From NCBI GenBank assembly GCA_963708135.1, contig OY970192.1, positions 1,216,001-1,280,000 on the forward strand: a stretch of 64,000 bases of DNA, in the 5' to 3' direction. Under the pieces are notes generated by a model. It saw nothing but the letters and a program-made list of their open reading frames with translations, had not been told where the DNA came from and searched no databases. This document shows positions 51,530 through 61,503 of the stretch, one piece after another. Position numbers and translations under genes: made by a program. This stretch comes from an uncultured Gemmatimonadales bacterium. Lineage in GTDB: Bacteria; Gemmatimonadota; Gemmatimonadetes; Longimicrobiales; RSA9. Within the stretch, counting starts at the first letter, position 1. The number at the start of each line of letters is the position of its first letter.

Positions 51530-51575
51530 ATTGATGCGCAATGAGTTGCAGCCACGGATCCGGCATGGAAGGTGC
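51530..51575 (+). promoter_or_regulatory. Possible sigma54 promoter (CGGCATGGAAGGTGC) with an upstream IHF-like AT-rich box
   Basis: GG-N10-GC at 51562-51575; CAATGAGTTG just upstream. Confidence 0.35.
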
Positions 51576-51673
51576 GCATTGCCGCACGCGAGGGTGATTT
51601 GGTATCCCCCTCGATGATGGAGTGGACGGGCGCCCGGTCGCGGGCGCCCTTCTTACGTTCAGGGAGGGGCGGG

Positions 51674-51841
51674 ATGACGAGCAAGATCACCGGTCTCCGC
51701 GCCGCATTGCTCGCTGCCGCGGCGGTGGCGGCGTGCGGCCCGGCCGTGCAGCAGAGCAGGGGGAGCGGCTTCGACGGCCCGCAGTCCACCGCCGCCGGGA
51801 GCCGCGCCTACGTGCAGGTGTCCTACCGCGTGCTCTACTAG
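51674..51841 (+). CDS. Small putative lipoprotein (55 aa), possibly truncated
   Basis: GGGAGG RBS; lipobox VAAC. Confidence 0.4.
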   Translation: MTSKITGLRAALLAAAAVAACGPAVQQSRGSGFDGPQSTAAGSRAYVQVSYRVLY

Positions 51842-51967
51842 CCTTTCACGCCCAGGCGACGCCGGGGCCCGCGCGCGCCCGCGCCCGCCGCGTCCGGGGG
51901 TGCGAACGTCCAGCGCACGTGCTCGTACGCGCCGGGGCGGCCGGCCGCGGCACCTCCCGCCTGGCGG

Positions 51968-52264
51968 TCAGTACGTCCCGCTGCCTGTTCCCCCGGTCGT
52001 GGCGGGCGGTGTCGTCCCCGGCGCCGGGGTGGTCGCTCCGCCGGGCGCCGCGGGCGCCGCGCCCGGTGCCGGCGCGGTCGCCGGAGCCGTCGTCGCCGGA
52101 GGCACGGTCGTCCCACGCCGGCCCCACCAGTTGCCCCAGCCCCACCACAGGATGATGATGATGATGATCGCGATGATCACCCACCACCACCACGCGCAGC
52201 CGGCGCGATCCGTGGTCGTCGGCCCGGTCGGCCCACCGGTCGGCGGATTGTTCCTCGTTGCCAT
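51968..52264 (-). CDS. Small bitopic protein with Trp/Ile-rich TM and Pro/Thr/Ala tail
   Basis: GGGAGG RBS before ATG 52264; WWWWVIIAIIIIIILWWGWGNWW. Confidence 0.65.
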   Translation of the reverse strand: MATRNNPPTGGPTGPTTTDRAGCAWWWWVIIAIIIIIILWWGWGNWWGRRGTTVPPATTAPATAPAPGAAPAAPGGATTPAPGTTPPATTGGTGSGTY

Positions 52265-52515
52265 CTCTTCCTCCCAACCTTTCCCCGAACGATTCGGACG
52301 CCGAACCGACGCCCGGTCCGCCGCTGCGGACGCTCTGGTCCCCTCGCGCAACGGGCATGCCGCCGGCGGCGGCAGGACGGGCCAGACGAGAGAGTCTGGT
52401 CGGCGCGGCGCAAGCCGGGAACGGCCATGCTCGGGGCAGTGGGCCGGCAGGCAAGGCGCGGCCGATTGGCCCGCGGCGCCGCCGGGCGCTACCATATCGG
52501 GAGCAGGGAGGTGGA

Positions 52516-53493
52516 ATGGCGGGAGCAGCCGACGGCGCGCTGACGCTGGGCGTGGATCTCGGGGGGACGAAGGTGCTCGTGGCGCTGGTCAACGCGGCGG
52601 GCGAGATCGTGGCATCCTACCGCCATCCCACGCGTGCCGAGTCGGGGTTCGGCCAGATCGTGCAGGCGATCGTCGAGTCGGTCAACGCGTGCCTGGCCAA
52701 GGCCGGGGTCGAGCAGGCGGCGGCGCTGGGGGTGGGTGTGGCGGGGCAGGTGGAGCGGCACACGGGGGTGGTCCGCTTCGCGCCGAACCTGGGGTGGCGC
52801 GAGGTCCCGCTCAGGGCCGAGCTGGAGCACCGGCTGTCCCTGCCGGTGGCGGTGCTGAACGACGTGCGCGCGGCTACCTGGGGCGAGTGGCGGCACGGCG
52901 CCGGGCGTGGGGTGCAGGACCTGGTGGTGCTGTTCGTGGGGACCGGCGTGGGTGGCGGGGTGGTGAGCGGCGGGCGGGTGCTCGAGGGGTGCGGCAACAG
53001 CGCGGGCGAGCTGGGACACATGACCATCGTCGTCGATGGGCGGCGCTGCCGCTGCCGCAACCTCGGCTGTCTCGAGGCGTACGCCGGCGGCTGGGCGATG
53101 GCCGACCGGGCGCGCGAGGCGGCCGAGGCGGACGGCGCGGCGGGGCGGGCGCTGGTGGCACGGGCCGGCGGCATGGAGAAGATCACGGCGGCCACCGTCA
53201 CGGAGGCGTGGCGCGAGGGCGACGGGCTCGCCGCGCGCCTGGTCGAGGAGACCGCCGGCTACCTGGCGGCGGGGATCGTCGCCATCGTGAACGCCTTCAA
53301 TCCCTGCACCCTGGTGCTCGGCGGCGGCGTGCTGGAGAAGGTGCCGGAGTACGTGACACGCGTCGAGCCGCTCGTGCGGGAGCGCGCGCTCGGGGCGGCG
53401 GTCGAGCCGCTCAGGATCGTGCCCGCCGCGCTGGGCGGGAGCGCCGGGGTGATCGGCGCGGCGGCCGTCGCCCGCGCGCGGCCGAAGACCTGA
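52516..53493 (+). CDS. ROK family sugar kinase (glucokinase-like)
   Basis: GVDLGGTK, NDV.AA..GE, GTGVGGG, GELGH, CRCRNLGCLEAY. Confidence 0.92.
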   Translation: MAGAADGALTLGVDLGGTKVLVALVNAAGEIVASYRHPTRAESGFGQIVQAIVESVNACLAKAGVEQAAALGVGVAGQVERHTGVVRFAPNLGWREVPLRAELEHRLSLPVAVLNDVRAATWGEWRHGAGRGVQDLVVLFVGTGVGGGVVSGGRVLEGCGNSAGELGHMTIVVDGRRCRCRNLGCLEAYAGGWAMADRAREAAEADGAAGRALVARAGGMEKITAATVTEAWREGDGLAARLVEETAGYLAAGIVAIVNAFNPCTLVLGGGVLEKVPEYVTRVEPLVRERALGAAVEPLRIVPAALGGSAGVIGAAAVARARPKT

Positions 53494-53530
53494 ACCGAAG
53501 ACCCTGAACTGAACCGAAGAGCTGAACCGA
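53490..53530 (+). repeat. Short direct repeats CTGAACCGA(AGA) x3
   Basis: At 53490, 53509 and 53522, between the ROK gene and tkt. Confidence 0.6.
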
Positions 53531-53550
53531 CTGGAGAGGACGTCTCGGGA

Positions 53551-55563
53551 ATGAATCGGATCGATGAGCTCTCGATCAACACCATCCGCTTCCTCGCCGC
53601 GGACGCGGTGGAGAAGGCCAACTCGGGCCATCCCGGCATGCCGATGGGTGCCGCGGCGATGGCGTACGCCCTCTGGCGACGCTTCCTGCGCCACGACCCG
53701 CATGCGCCCCACTGGCCCGACCGCGACCGGTTCGTGCTCTCCGCCGGGCACGGCTCGATGCTGCTCTACGCGCTGCTGAACCTGACCGGCTACGACCTGC
53801 CGATGGAGGAGCTCGAGCGCTTCCGGCAGTGGGGCAGCCGCACGCCCGGCCACCCGGAGTACGGGCTCACGCCGGGCGTGGAGACCACGACGGGACCGCT
53901 CGGGCAGGGCTTCGGCAATGGCGTCGGCATGGCGCTCGCCGAGCGCTTCCTGGCCGGCACCTTCAATCGGCCCGACCACACGGTGATCGACCACCGCACC
54001 TACGCGATCGTCTCCGACGGCGACCTCATGGAGGGCGTCTCCTCCGAGGCCGCCTCGCTGGCCGGCCACATGAAGCTGCACAAGCTGACCTACCTCTACG
54101 ACGACAACCACATCTCGATCGAGGGCTCCACCAGCCTCGCCTTCACGGAGGACGTCGAGGAGCGGTTCCAGGCCTACGGCTGGCACGTGCAGTACATCGG
54201 CGAGGGCAACGATGTCGAGGAGATCTCGCGCGCCATCGAGCGTGCCCACGCCGAGACCGGGCGCCCCTCCCTCATCATGGTGCGCACCCACATCGGCTAC
54301 GGCAGCCCCAAGCAGGACAGCGAGAAGGCCCACGGCGAGCCGCTCGGCGCGGACGCGCTGCGGGCCGCCAAGGAGAAGCTCGACTGGCCGCAGGAGCCGC
54401 CGTTCTACGTGCCGGAGGAGGTGCGCGAGCACATGGAGGAGGCGGTCGAGCGCGGAGCCACGCTGCGCGCCGGATGGGACGAGCGAATGGCCGCCTACCG
54501 CGAGGCGCACCCCGAGCTCGCCGCCACGCTCGAGCGCGCGCTCGCCGGAGAGCTGCCCGAGGGCTGGGACACCGCGCTGCCCCGATTCGGCGCCGATCAG
54601 AAGCCGATCGCCACGCGTTCCGCGTCCGGCAAGGTGCTGAACGCCCTCGCCGCCGCGATCCCGACCCTGGTGGGCGGATCCGCGGACCTGTCGCCCTCCA
54701 CCAGGACCACCATCGAGGGCTCCGGCGACCTGGCCACCGACCCCGCCGGGCGCAACATCCACTTCGGTGTCCGCGAGCACGCCATGGGCGCCATCGTGAA
54801 CGGCATGGCCGCCCACGGCGGCGTGCTCCCGTTCGGCGCCACCTTCCTCATCTTCTCCGACTACATGCGGCCGCCGATCCGGCTGGCGGCGCTCTCCCGC
54901 TTCCGCTCGTTCTTCATCTTCACCCATGACAGCGTGGGGCTGGGTGAGGACGGGCCCACGCACCAGCCGATCGAGCAGCTCGCCTCGCTTCGTGCCATCC
55001 CGCACCTGACCGTGCTGCGCCCCGCGGACGCCAACGAGACGGCCGCCGCGTGGGCCGCCGCCATCCGCCGCGGCGAGCCCGTGGCGCTGGCGCTGACCCG
55101 GCAGAACCTGCCCGTGCTGGACCCCGACAGCCACCCCATCGCGGAAGGCGTGCCTCGCGGCGCCTATCTGCTCCAGGAGGCGGAGGGCGGCGACGCCGAC
55201 GTGGTCCTCGTTGCCACCGGGTCCGAGGTCTCGCTCGCGCTCGAGGCCGCCGGCCGGCTGGCCGGCGAGGGGATCCGTGCCAGCGTGGTGTCGATGCCCA
55301 GCTGGGAGCTCTTCCAGGAGCAGCCCGAGTCCTACCGCCGCACTGTCCTGCCGCCCGAGCTGCCGAAGCTCGCCATCGAGGCTGCCAGCCCCTTCGGCTG
55401 GCACCGCTGGGTCGGCGATGACGGCGACATCATCGGCATCGAGCGCTTCGGTGCCTCCGCGCCCGGGAAGGTCGTCCTCGAGAAGCTCGGCTTCACGCCC
55501 GAGAACGTCGTCGAGCGCGCACGCGCCCTCGTGGCCCGTCGTGCCGCGCGGCAGGAGGCGTGA
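53551..55563 (+). CDS. tkt: Transketolase
   Basis: [42 protein letters not shown]...GEDGPTHQP. Confidence 0.98.
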   Translation: MNRIDELSINTIRFLAADAVEKANSGHPGMPMGAAAMAYALWRRFLRHDPHAPHWPDRDRFVLSAGHGSMLLYALLNLTGYDLPMEELERFRQWGSRTPGHPEYGLTPGVETTTGPLGQGFGNGVGMALAERFLAGTFNRPDHTVIDHRTYAIVSDGDLMEGVSSEAASLAGHMKLHKLTYLYDDNHISIEGSTSLAFTEDVEERFQAYGWHVQYIGEGNDVEEISRAIERAHAETGRPSLIMVRTHIGYGSPKQDSEKAHGEPLGADALRAAKEKLDWPQEPPFYVPEEVREHMEEAVERGATLRAGWDERMAAYREAHPELAATLERALAGELPEGWDTALPRFGADQKPIATRSASGKVLNALAAAIPTLVGGSADLSPSTRTTIEGSGDLATDPAGRNIHFGVREHAMGAIVNGMAAHGGVLPFGATFLIFSDYMRPPIRLAALSRFRSFFIFTHDSVGLGEDGPTHQPIEQLASLRAIPHLTVLRPADANETAAAWAAAIRRGEPVALALTRQNLPVLDPDSHPIAEGVPRGAYLLQEAEGGDADVVLVATGSEVSLALEAAGRLAGEGIRASVVSMPSWELFQEQPESYRRTVLPPELPKLAIEAASPFGWHRWVGDDGDIIGIERFGASAPGKVVLEKLGFTPENVVERARALVARRAARQEA

Positions 55564-56330
55564 GCGTGGACTCCGCGCCCCCGGTCCTGCGTGTTTTCGC
55601 CGACACCGAGGAGGCTTGCCGCGCCGCCGCCGCCGCGATCACCGCGACGGCCCGCCGCCTGGCTCTCGGCGTCGGCCGCTTCTCCATCGCGCTCTCCGGT
55701 GGCTCCAGCCCACGGCGCCTGCTCGAGCTCCTCGCCCAGGTCGACGGGGGCGCCTTCCCCTGGGAGGCCACCCACGTCTTCTGGGGCGACGAGCGCTGCG
55801 TCCCGCCCGACGACCCCGCGAGCAATTTCGGTATGGCCGCCGCCGCGCTCCTCGACCACGTCGCGCTCCTCCCCTCCCACATCCACCGCATTCCCGGCGA
55901 GCTCGATCCCGCCCAGGCCGCCATTGCCTACGGCCATGAGCTGACCGCCTTCTTCGGCGCCTCCAGCCCCCACGCCCTCGCCATGGGCCGCGCCACCGCC
56001 TTCGACATCGTGCTCCAGGGCATCGGTGCCGACGGCCACACCGCCTCCCTCTTCCCCGGCTCGCCCGCCCTCGATGCCGTCGGCTGGGCCGCCGCCGTGG
56101 AGGCCCCCCGGGGCACCGAGCCGCGCCGCCGGATCACGCTCACGCTGCCCGCCCTCAACATCGCCGCCGAGGGCCTCTTCCTCGCCTTCGGCGCCGCCAA
56201 GCGCGACGCCGTGCGCGCCGCCACCACCCCCGAAGCCGATGCAGGCACAGCGGCCGTCCCCGCCGCCCTCGTCCGCCCCGCCGGCGGCACCACCTGGTTC
56301 CTGGACGAGGCCGCGGCGCCCAGCACCTGA
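55560..56330 (+). CDS. pgl: 6-phosphogluconolactonase
   Basis: [33 protein letters not shown]. Confidence 0.93.
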   Translation: MSVDSAPPVLRVFADTEEACRAAAAAITATARRLALGVGRFSIALSGGSSPRRLLELLAQVDGGAFPWEATHVFWGDERCVPPDDPASNFGMAAAALLDHVALLPSHIHRIPGELDPAQAAIAYGHELTAFFGASSPHALAMGRATAFDIVLQGIGADGHTASLFPGSPALDAVGWAAAVEAPRGTEPRRRITLTLPALNIAAEGLFLAFGAAKRDAVRAATTPEADAGTAAVPAALVRPAGGTTWFLDEAAAPST

Positions 56331-56528
56331 CGCTACGCCCGGCCCGGCCACGCCGACGGCTCCATCCCGCGAATCGTCTCTGGCCGGGAATGCGGTTCCG
56401 GCCGACGCCGCAGACCTCGCCGCGTGAATCATCTATCGCAGAGCCGCGGAGGTTCGCGGAGACGCCGGACCGGTGACGATGATCCTCGCGCGCCTCCGCG
56501 AGCCTCGGCGCCTCCGCGAGAAGAGAAG

Positions 56529-56700
56529 CACGCCGGCGGCAATCGGCGGGCGATGTGGCCATGCGAGAGCGATTCACGCCGGCGGCACCGGCGCGCGATG
56601 TCGCCCTGCGGGAGCGATTCACGCCGGCGGCATCGGCGCGCGAGGTCGCCCTACGAGAGCGATTCACGCCGGCGGCACCGGCGCGCGAGGTCGCCCGCGG
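56529..56700. repeat. 45-bp tandem repeat, 3 near-perfect copies plus 1 degenerate partial copy
   Basis: GAGAGCGATTCACGCCGGCGGCACCGGCGCGCGATGTCGCCCTGC starting at 56565, 56610 and 56655; partial at 56529. Confidence 0.85.
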
Positions 56701-57139
56701 GAGATGAAGCAGGCCGGCCGTACCAGCTCCGTCGCCTGGTCCTGCGCCGCGCCCTCCACGAGCGTCGCGAATCGACTCGCTGGCCTTGCCCGCCTGCTTG
56801 TTGAGGCGGACGTCCGACCGCAGGACGGGCCGGACACGCCAGCGGGTGGGCGGGACGTGCAGAACTCGCCGATCGTCGCCCCCTCGCCGACGCGTGCCGA
56901 CTCGTGCACCCATAGCGGTCACAACGCGCCACTCGATCTGCCTCGGAGCACCGCGCGGCGGGTTGTGCCGGCCTGCGGAGTAAAACCCGCCACCCGAGCG
57001 CCCGCCTCGCGCCACCGGTGGGTTCCGCACTCCCAGCCGCCCGCAAACGCGCCGGTCTCTCGCCACCCGGAGCTCTCCCCGGTGCCGCCCGGTCCGCCCA
57101 CCCCATCCCGCCCGGTTCCTTCGCCCGCCGCCTCGTTCT

Positions 57140-57225
57140 CGCATCCCGAACGCCGCGCTCCACATCCGGCATCCCGAGTCCCGAGCTCCGAACCCCGCAT
57201 TCCGCATCCCGCATCCAATCCCGGT
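57140..57225. repeat. Degenerate heptamer repeat (CGCATCC-like)
   Basis: Runs of GCATCCC/CCGCATT/CCGAGTC; same family as 50601, opposite strand. Confidence 0.6.
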
Positions 57226-57267
57226 CACTAGATTCCCCCGCGAAGGCCGGCCCCCGCATCCCCATCC

Positions 57268-57295
57268 TGCAACCCTCCTCTCCCTTCCCGTGTCA
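57268..57295 (+). promoter_or_regulatory. Possible ECF-type promoter TGCAAC-N17-TGTCA
   Basis: AAC-type -35 and GTC-type -10 directly upstream of the ECF sigma gene. Confidence 0.4.
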
Positions 57296-57337
57296 GATGC
57301 AGTTGAGAGCGGCAACGACCTTCGCGCGCAGGTGGTG

Positions 57338-57880
57338 GTGGACGAGCGAGAGCTGATCTCCCGGGTGCTGGCGGGCGATGCCGGCGCCGAGCGGGCGCTG
57401 TACGAGGCGCATGTGGAGCGCGTGTACCGGCTGGCCTATCGCCTGGCCGGACGGGAGGATCTCGCGCAGGACTTCACGCAGGAGGCCTTCCTGCGGGCGT
57501 TCGGCCGCCTGGCGACGTTCCGTGGTGACGCGGCGCTCTCGACCTGGCTGCACGCCATCACCGTCTCGGTCTCCCTCAACGGGCTGCGGCGGGTGAAGCG
57601 CCAGCGGGAGCGGGAGCGGCCGCTGGACGACGCGGCGCCGCTCGGCCGCGAGGCGGTGCGGGCCGAGCCGGACCTGAAGGATCGCCTGCACCGGGCGATC
57701 GACGCGCTGCCGGACCATTACAGGGTGGTGTTCGTGATGCACGACGTCGAGGGATACACGCACGAGGAGATCGGCGCAGCGCTCGAGGTGCCGGAGGGGA
57801 CGTCGAAGGCCCGGCTGTCGCGAGCCCGGGCCCGCCTCCGGAAGGACCTCGCCGCCTTCGCGGGAGAATGGGTGTCATGA
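57338..57880 (+). CDS. ECF RNA polymerase sigma factor
   Basis: 'A.DFTQEAFLRAF..L.TFRG....STWL', 'DVEGY.HEEI...L..P.GT.KARLSRAR'; start could be GTG 57290, 57332 or 57338. Confidence 0.93.
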   Translation: MDERELISRVLAGDAGAERALYEAHVERVYRLAYRLAGREDLAQDFTQEAFLRAFGRLATFRGDAALSTWLHAITVSVSLNGLRRVKRQRERERPLDDAAPLGREAVRAEPDLKDRLHRAIDALPDHYRVVFVMHDVEGYTHEEIGAALEVPEGTSKARLSRARARLRKDLAAFAGEWVS

Positions 57881-58800
57881 TGGATGACCAGCTGGACGAC
57901 TTCATCCGCCGCCACGCCGCGGACTACAACACGCCGACGGACGTGCCGACGGAGCTCCTGTGGGCCCGCATCCGCGCCGCCCGGCGTGCTGCGGTGGACG
58001 GGGGGGCACCCCTTTCAGGCGACGTTCCGACCACCGCTTCCGCCGCGCCCTCCGCGGGCCGGGTGCCGGAGGCACCCGTGGTCCGGAGCTGGCGCCGCCG
58101 CCGTGCCCGCGAGCTTTCCTGGGGCATCGGGTTCGCGGCCATGCTCGCGCTCGGCATCGGCATCGGCCGCCTGACCTGGACCGCCGCCCCCCTGCGGCGC
58201 GGCCCGGCCGCGGTGGCGGAGCGCGGCGCGGCGGCCACGTCCGCCGGTGCGCCGCCGACGTTGCCCGGAGGCCCGACCGTTCCCGCCACTGCCCCGGCCG
58301 GGGGCGAGGCGGCCACCGGCGTCGCCTCGCGGCTGGCCGCCGGCCCGGCGGCCCGGACCGAGCCGTCCGTCCGCGACCGGTCCGCCGCCGCCGCGGCGGG
58401 ATTCGGCGGGCCGGACGGGACGGCGGTCCCCACCCCCGGCGAGGCGTCGCGGCGCATCTATCGGCTGGCGGCCAACGCGACGCTGTCCCAGGCGGAAGCC
58501 GTGCTGAGCGCCTACCGCGCGCAGGCGGCATCGCGCGGCGTGGACCGCGAGCTCGTTGCCTGGGCGAGGGACGTGCTGTCGAGCACGCGCCTGCTGATCG
58601 ACTCGCCCGCCGGCGCCGATCCCCGGCTACGGCCCCTGCTCGAGGACCTCGAGACCGTCCTCGTGCAGATCGTTCAGCTCCCGGCCGGCCCGTCCGCGTC
58701 CGGTGAGCGCAGGATCATCGATGACGCGATCCAGCGGCGGGACGTGCTGCCGCGTCTGCGCACCGTGATTCCGGCCGGCCCCGACGTGGCCGGAACCTGA
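57877..58800 (+). CDS. Putative single-TM anti-sigma factor
   Basis: Overlaps the sigma stop; 'P...LWARI', one TM ('AAMLALGIGIGR'), helical C-terminus 'LL.DLE.VL.QI.QL'. Confidence 0.65.
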   Translation: MMDDQLDDFIRRHAADYNTPTDVPTELLWARIRAARRAAVDGGAPLSGDVPTTASAAPSAGRVPEAPVVRSWRRRRARELSWGIGFAAMLALGIGIGRLTWTAAPLRRGPAAVAERGAAATSAGAPPTLPGGPTVPATAPAGGEAATGVASRLAAGPAARTEPSVRDRSAAAAAGFGGPDGTAVPTPGEASRRIYRLAANATLSQAEAVLSAYRAQAASRGVDRELVAWARDVLSSTRLLIDSPAGADPRLRPLLEDLETVLVQIVQLPAGPSASGERRIIDDAIQRRDVLPRLRTVIPAGPDVAGT

Positions 58801-58812
58801 GGAGAAACCACC

Positions 58813-60201
58813 ATGCCCGCGAGCCGTTTCCTGAGCGTTTCTGCGCTGGCCGCCCTGACCCTGGCCGGCGCCGCCCCCCAACCCCCGACGCGCCCGGCCC
58901 CGCCACAGGCGCCGCACGCGGCCGCCCCGAGCGCGCCGCTGCTGCCGCCGGCACCGTGGGCGCAGGCCGACCCCGCGGACTCGATCTACCGCGCCGCCCG
59001 CGCCGCGCTGAACGGTGGCGACTACGCGCGCGCCGCCCGGCTGTTCCACTCGATCCCGGAGCGCTACGCCCGCTCCGCCTACGCCCCGGACGCTCTCTAC
59101 TGGGAGGCCTTCGCCCTCTACCGGAGCGGCGGGAGCGACGATCTGCACCGCGCCGAGAGCGCGCTGGTCCGCCAGCGGGAGGCGTACCCGAAGGCGGCCA
59201 CCCGCGGCGATGCGGACGCCCTCCTCACCCGCGTGCGCGGCGCGCTGGCGCGCCTCGGCGATGCGGACGCGGCGGCGAGCGTCACCCGCGAGGCCACGGC
59301 GGGAGCCGGCTGCGCGACGGATGACGACAACGACCTGCGCGTGGCGGCGCTGAACGCGCTCCTGCAGATGGACGCCGACCGCGCGCTCCCCGTGCTGCGC
59401 CAGGTGCTGGCGCGCCGGGACAGCTGCTCGGCGCCGCTGCGCAGGAAGGCCGTTTTCCTGGTCTCGCAGAAGCGCACGCCGGAGACGGAGGACATCCTGA
59501 CCGGCGTCGCGCGCAACGACCCCGACCCCGAGGTGCGTGAGCAGGCCGTGTTCTGGCTCTCGCAGGTCCCGACGGACAAGGCGGTGAGCGCGCTCGAGGA
59601 CGTGCTGCGCACCTCCAGGGATCCTTCGCTGCGAGAGAAGGCGCTCTTCGCCCTCTCGCAGCACTCGAGCCCCCGCGCCAGCGAGCTGCTCCGCTCCTTC
59701 GCCCAGGACGACGCGCAGCCGCAGGACATCCGCTCCAAGGCCATCTTCTGGATCGGCCAGCGGAGCTCGGCGGAGAACGCCCGCTTCCTGCGCGCTCTCT
59801 TTACCCGGCTCCAGCAGCCGGAGCTGAAGGAGCGCACCCTGTTCGCGCTCTCGCAGATGAGCGGCGAGGGCAACGAGCGGTGGCTGCTGGACATCGCCCG
59901 CGATGGACAGCAGGCGATCGAGGTGCGGAAGAAGGCGCTGTTCTGGGCCGGGCAGTCGCACGCCCTCCCCGCCGCGGACCTGGCCGGCCTCTACGACAGC
60001 CTCGCCGAGCGCGAGATGAAGGAGCAGATGATCTTCGTGCTCGCCCAGCGGCCGAACGGCGAGGGGCTGGACAAGCTGATCGACATCGCGCGCCACGACC
60101 AGGACGTGGAGCTTCGCAAGAAGGCCATCTTCTGGCTCTCGCAGTCCCACGATCCCCGCGTCGTGAAGGTGCTCCAGGACATCATCGGAGGTGGACAATG
60201 A
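58813..60201 (+). CDS. Exported HEAT-repeat protein with N-terminal TPR/BamD-like region
   Basis: Signal peptide; 'YARA...F...Y..S.YA.DALYW'; repeated 'VR..AVFWL.Q' / 'ALFALSQ'. Confidence 0.8.
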   Translation: MPASRFLSVSALAALTLAGAAPQPPTRPAPPQAPHAAAPSAPLLPPAPWAQADPADSIYRAARAALNGGDYARAARLFHSIPERYARSAYAPDALYWEAFALYRSGGSDDLHRAESALVRQREAYPKAATRGDADALLTRVRGALARLGDADAAASVTREATAGAGCATDDDNDLRVAALNALLQMDADRALPVLRQVLARRDSCSAPLRRKAVFLVSQKRTPETEDILTGVARNDPDPEVREQAVFWLSQVPTDKAVSALEDVLRTSRDPSLREKALFALSQHSSPRASELLRSFAQDDAQPQDIRSKAIFWIGQRSSAENARFLRALFTRLQQPELKERTLFALSQMSGEGNERWLLDIARDGQQAIEVRKKALFWAGQSHALPAADLAGLYDSLAEREMKEQMIFVLAQRPNGEGLDKLIDIARHDQDVELRKKAIFWLSQSHDPRVVKVLQDIIGGGQ

Positions 60202-60974
60202 GCCAGGCGACGACGCTCCTCGCCACGCTCGCGCTCCTCGCCGCCACCGCGCCCGCAGCCGCCCAGGGCGGCGGGCAGGGCGCAGCCCTCGCTGCCCGCG
60301 TCGCCGCGGTCGGGAACGGCACCGCCCGCCTGAGCTTCACGGCGCACCCGGGCGTGTGCGGCGATGGCGAGCGCGTGATCTCCACCGGCTCGAGCCATGA
60401 ATGGACCAGCGACTGCGAGGACGGCCCCGTCCGCGTCGCGCTCGACGTCCATGGCGGCCGCGTCACCGCCGTGCGCGCCCACGTCGGCGGCCGCTGGCTT
60501 CCCGGCGACGCCTCGACCACCGACCTCGGCCGCGTCCCCGGCGCCACCGCCGCCGACTACCTGCTCGGCCTGGCCGGCTCGGCGCCCGAGGGCGTGGCCA
60601 AGCACGCGATCCTCCCCGCCGTCCTGGCCGACAGCGCCGTCACCTGGCCCGCGCTCCTCCGCCTCGCCCGCGACGAGTCCCGCCCATCCGGCGTCCGCCG
60701 CGACGCCACCTTCTGGGCGGGCCAGCAGGCGTCAAACCGCGTGGCCCCCGCGCTCGAGGGACTGGCGGACGACGAGGGCGTGGACATGCAGATCCGCAAG
60801 CAGGCGGTCTTCGCGCTCTCGCAGCGCCCCGCCGACGAGGGCGTCCCCGCGCTGATACGGGTGGTGCGGACCTCGACGAGCCCCACACTCCGCCGCACGG
60901 CGCTCTTCTGGCTCGGCCAGTCCGGCGACCCGCGTGCCCTCGACCTCTTCAAGGAGATCCTCTCCGCCCACTGA
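60198..60974 (+). CDS. Exported HEAT-repeat protein
   Basis: Signal peptide; 'VRRDATFWAGQ', 'IRKQAVFALSQ', 'LRRTALFWLGQSGDPRA'. Confidence 0.8.
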   Translation: MSQATTLLATLALLAATAPAAAQGGGQGAALAARVAAVGNGTARLSFTAHPGVCGDGERVISTGSSHEWTSDCEDGPVRVALDVHGGRVTAVRAHVGGRWLPGDASTTDLGRVPGATAADYLLGLAGSAPEGVAKHAILPAVLADSAVTWPALLRLARDESRPSGVRRDATFWAGQQASNRVAPALEGLADDEGVDMQIRKQAVFALSQRPADEGVPALIRVVRTSTSPTLRRTALFWLGQSGDPRALDLFKEILSAH

Positions 60975-61022
60975 GCCCCACGGTCGGGCCGGGGAGGTGC
61001 GGCGGCCGTGTCGCCCCCGCGC

Positions 61023-61064
61023 TGTTGCCCCGCGTCCCCGCGGTGTTGCCCCGCGTCCCCGCGG
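61023..61064. repeat. 21-bp perfect tandem duplication
   Basis: TGTTGCCCCGCGTCCCCGCGG x2. Confidence 0.8.
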
Positions 61065-61503
61065 CGGGCGGGAGCGGGGAAGGGCGGTATCCGCCCGCGC
61101 CGCGCGTGGCAACCGGTCGGAGCGCGGGGTGCGCGGCGCCCGGTCCGCCCGTGGCGCGCGCGGAGAGGTGCACAGCTCGCCACTCGCCGCCGCCGCGCGA
61201 GCGGCGGTCGGGTTCTGCAGGCCTGGCCCGCACAAGCCGCCACTCGTCCGGGCACCGGAAATCGAGCGGCGGCTCAGGCTCGTGGGGGCGTTCGAACCCA
61301 CCACTCGCTTCCCGACCGGCCCCGAGCGGCGGGGTGTGCCGCCTCCCGCCGTCCGGGGCGCACGCTCGGGTGCGGGACGGCGCGGGGCGGCGCGGGGGCG
61401 GACGCCTCCATCGCGGAAAGCCCCGGCTCGCTCGGCCGCCGTCTGGGTCACCGCATGACCGGGTGCTTCCACCCCGGCGCTCACCCCTGTAAGTTTAAGT
61501 CCA

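Noticed and set aside
53490..53530. Short direct repeats as a regulator binding site for tkt
   Set aside because: Irregular spacing and overlap with the upstream stop codon; could be slippage duplication, so listed only as a repeat.
56529..56700. CRISPR array
   Set aside because: Units are contiguous with no unique spacers; no cas genes in the window.
60975..61503. Coding gene or ncRNA in the 0.5 kb gap
   Set aside because: Only low-complexity ORFs and a 21-bp duplication; no recognisable RNA motif.
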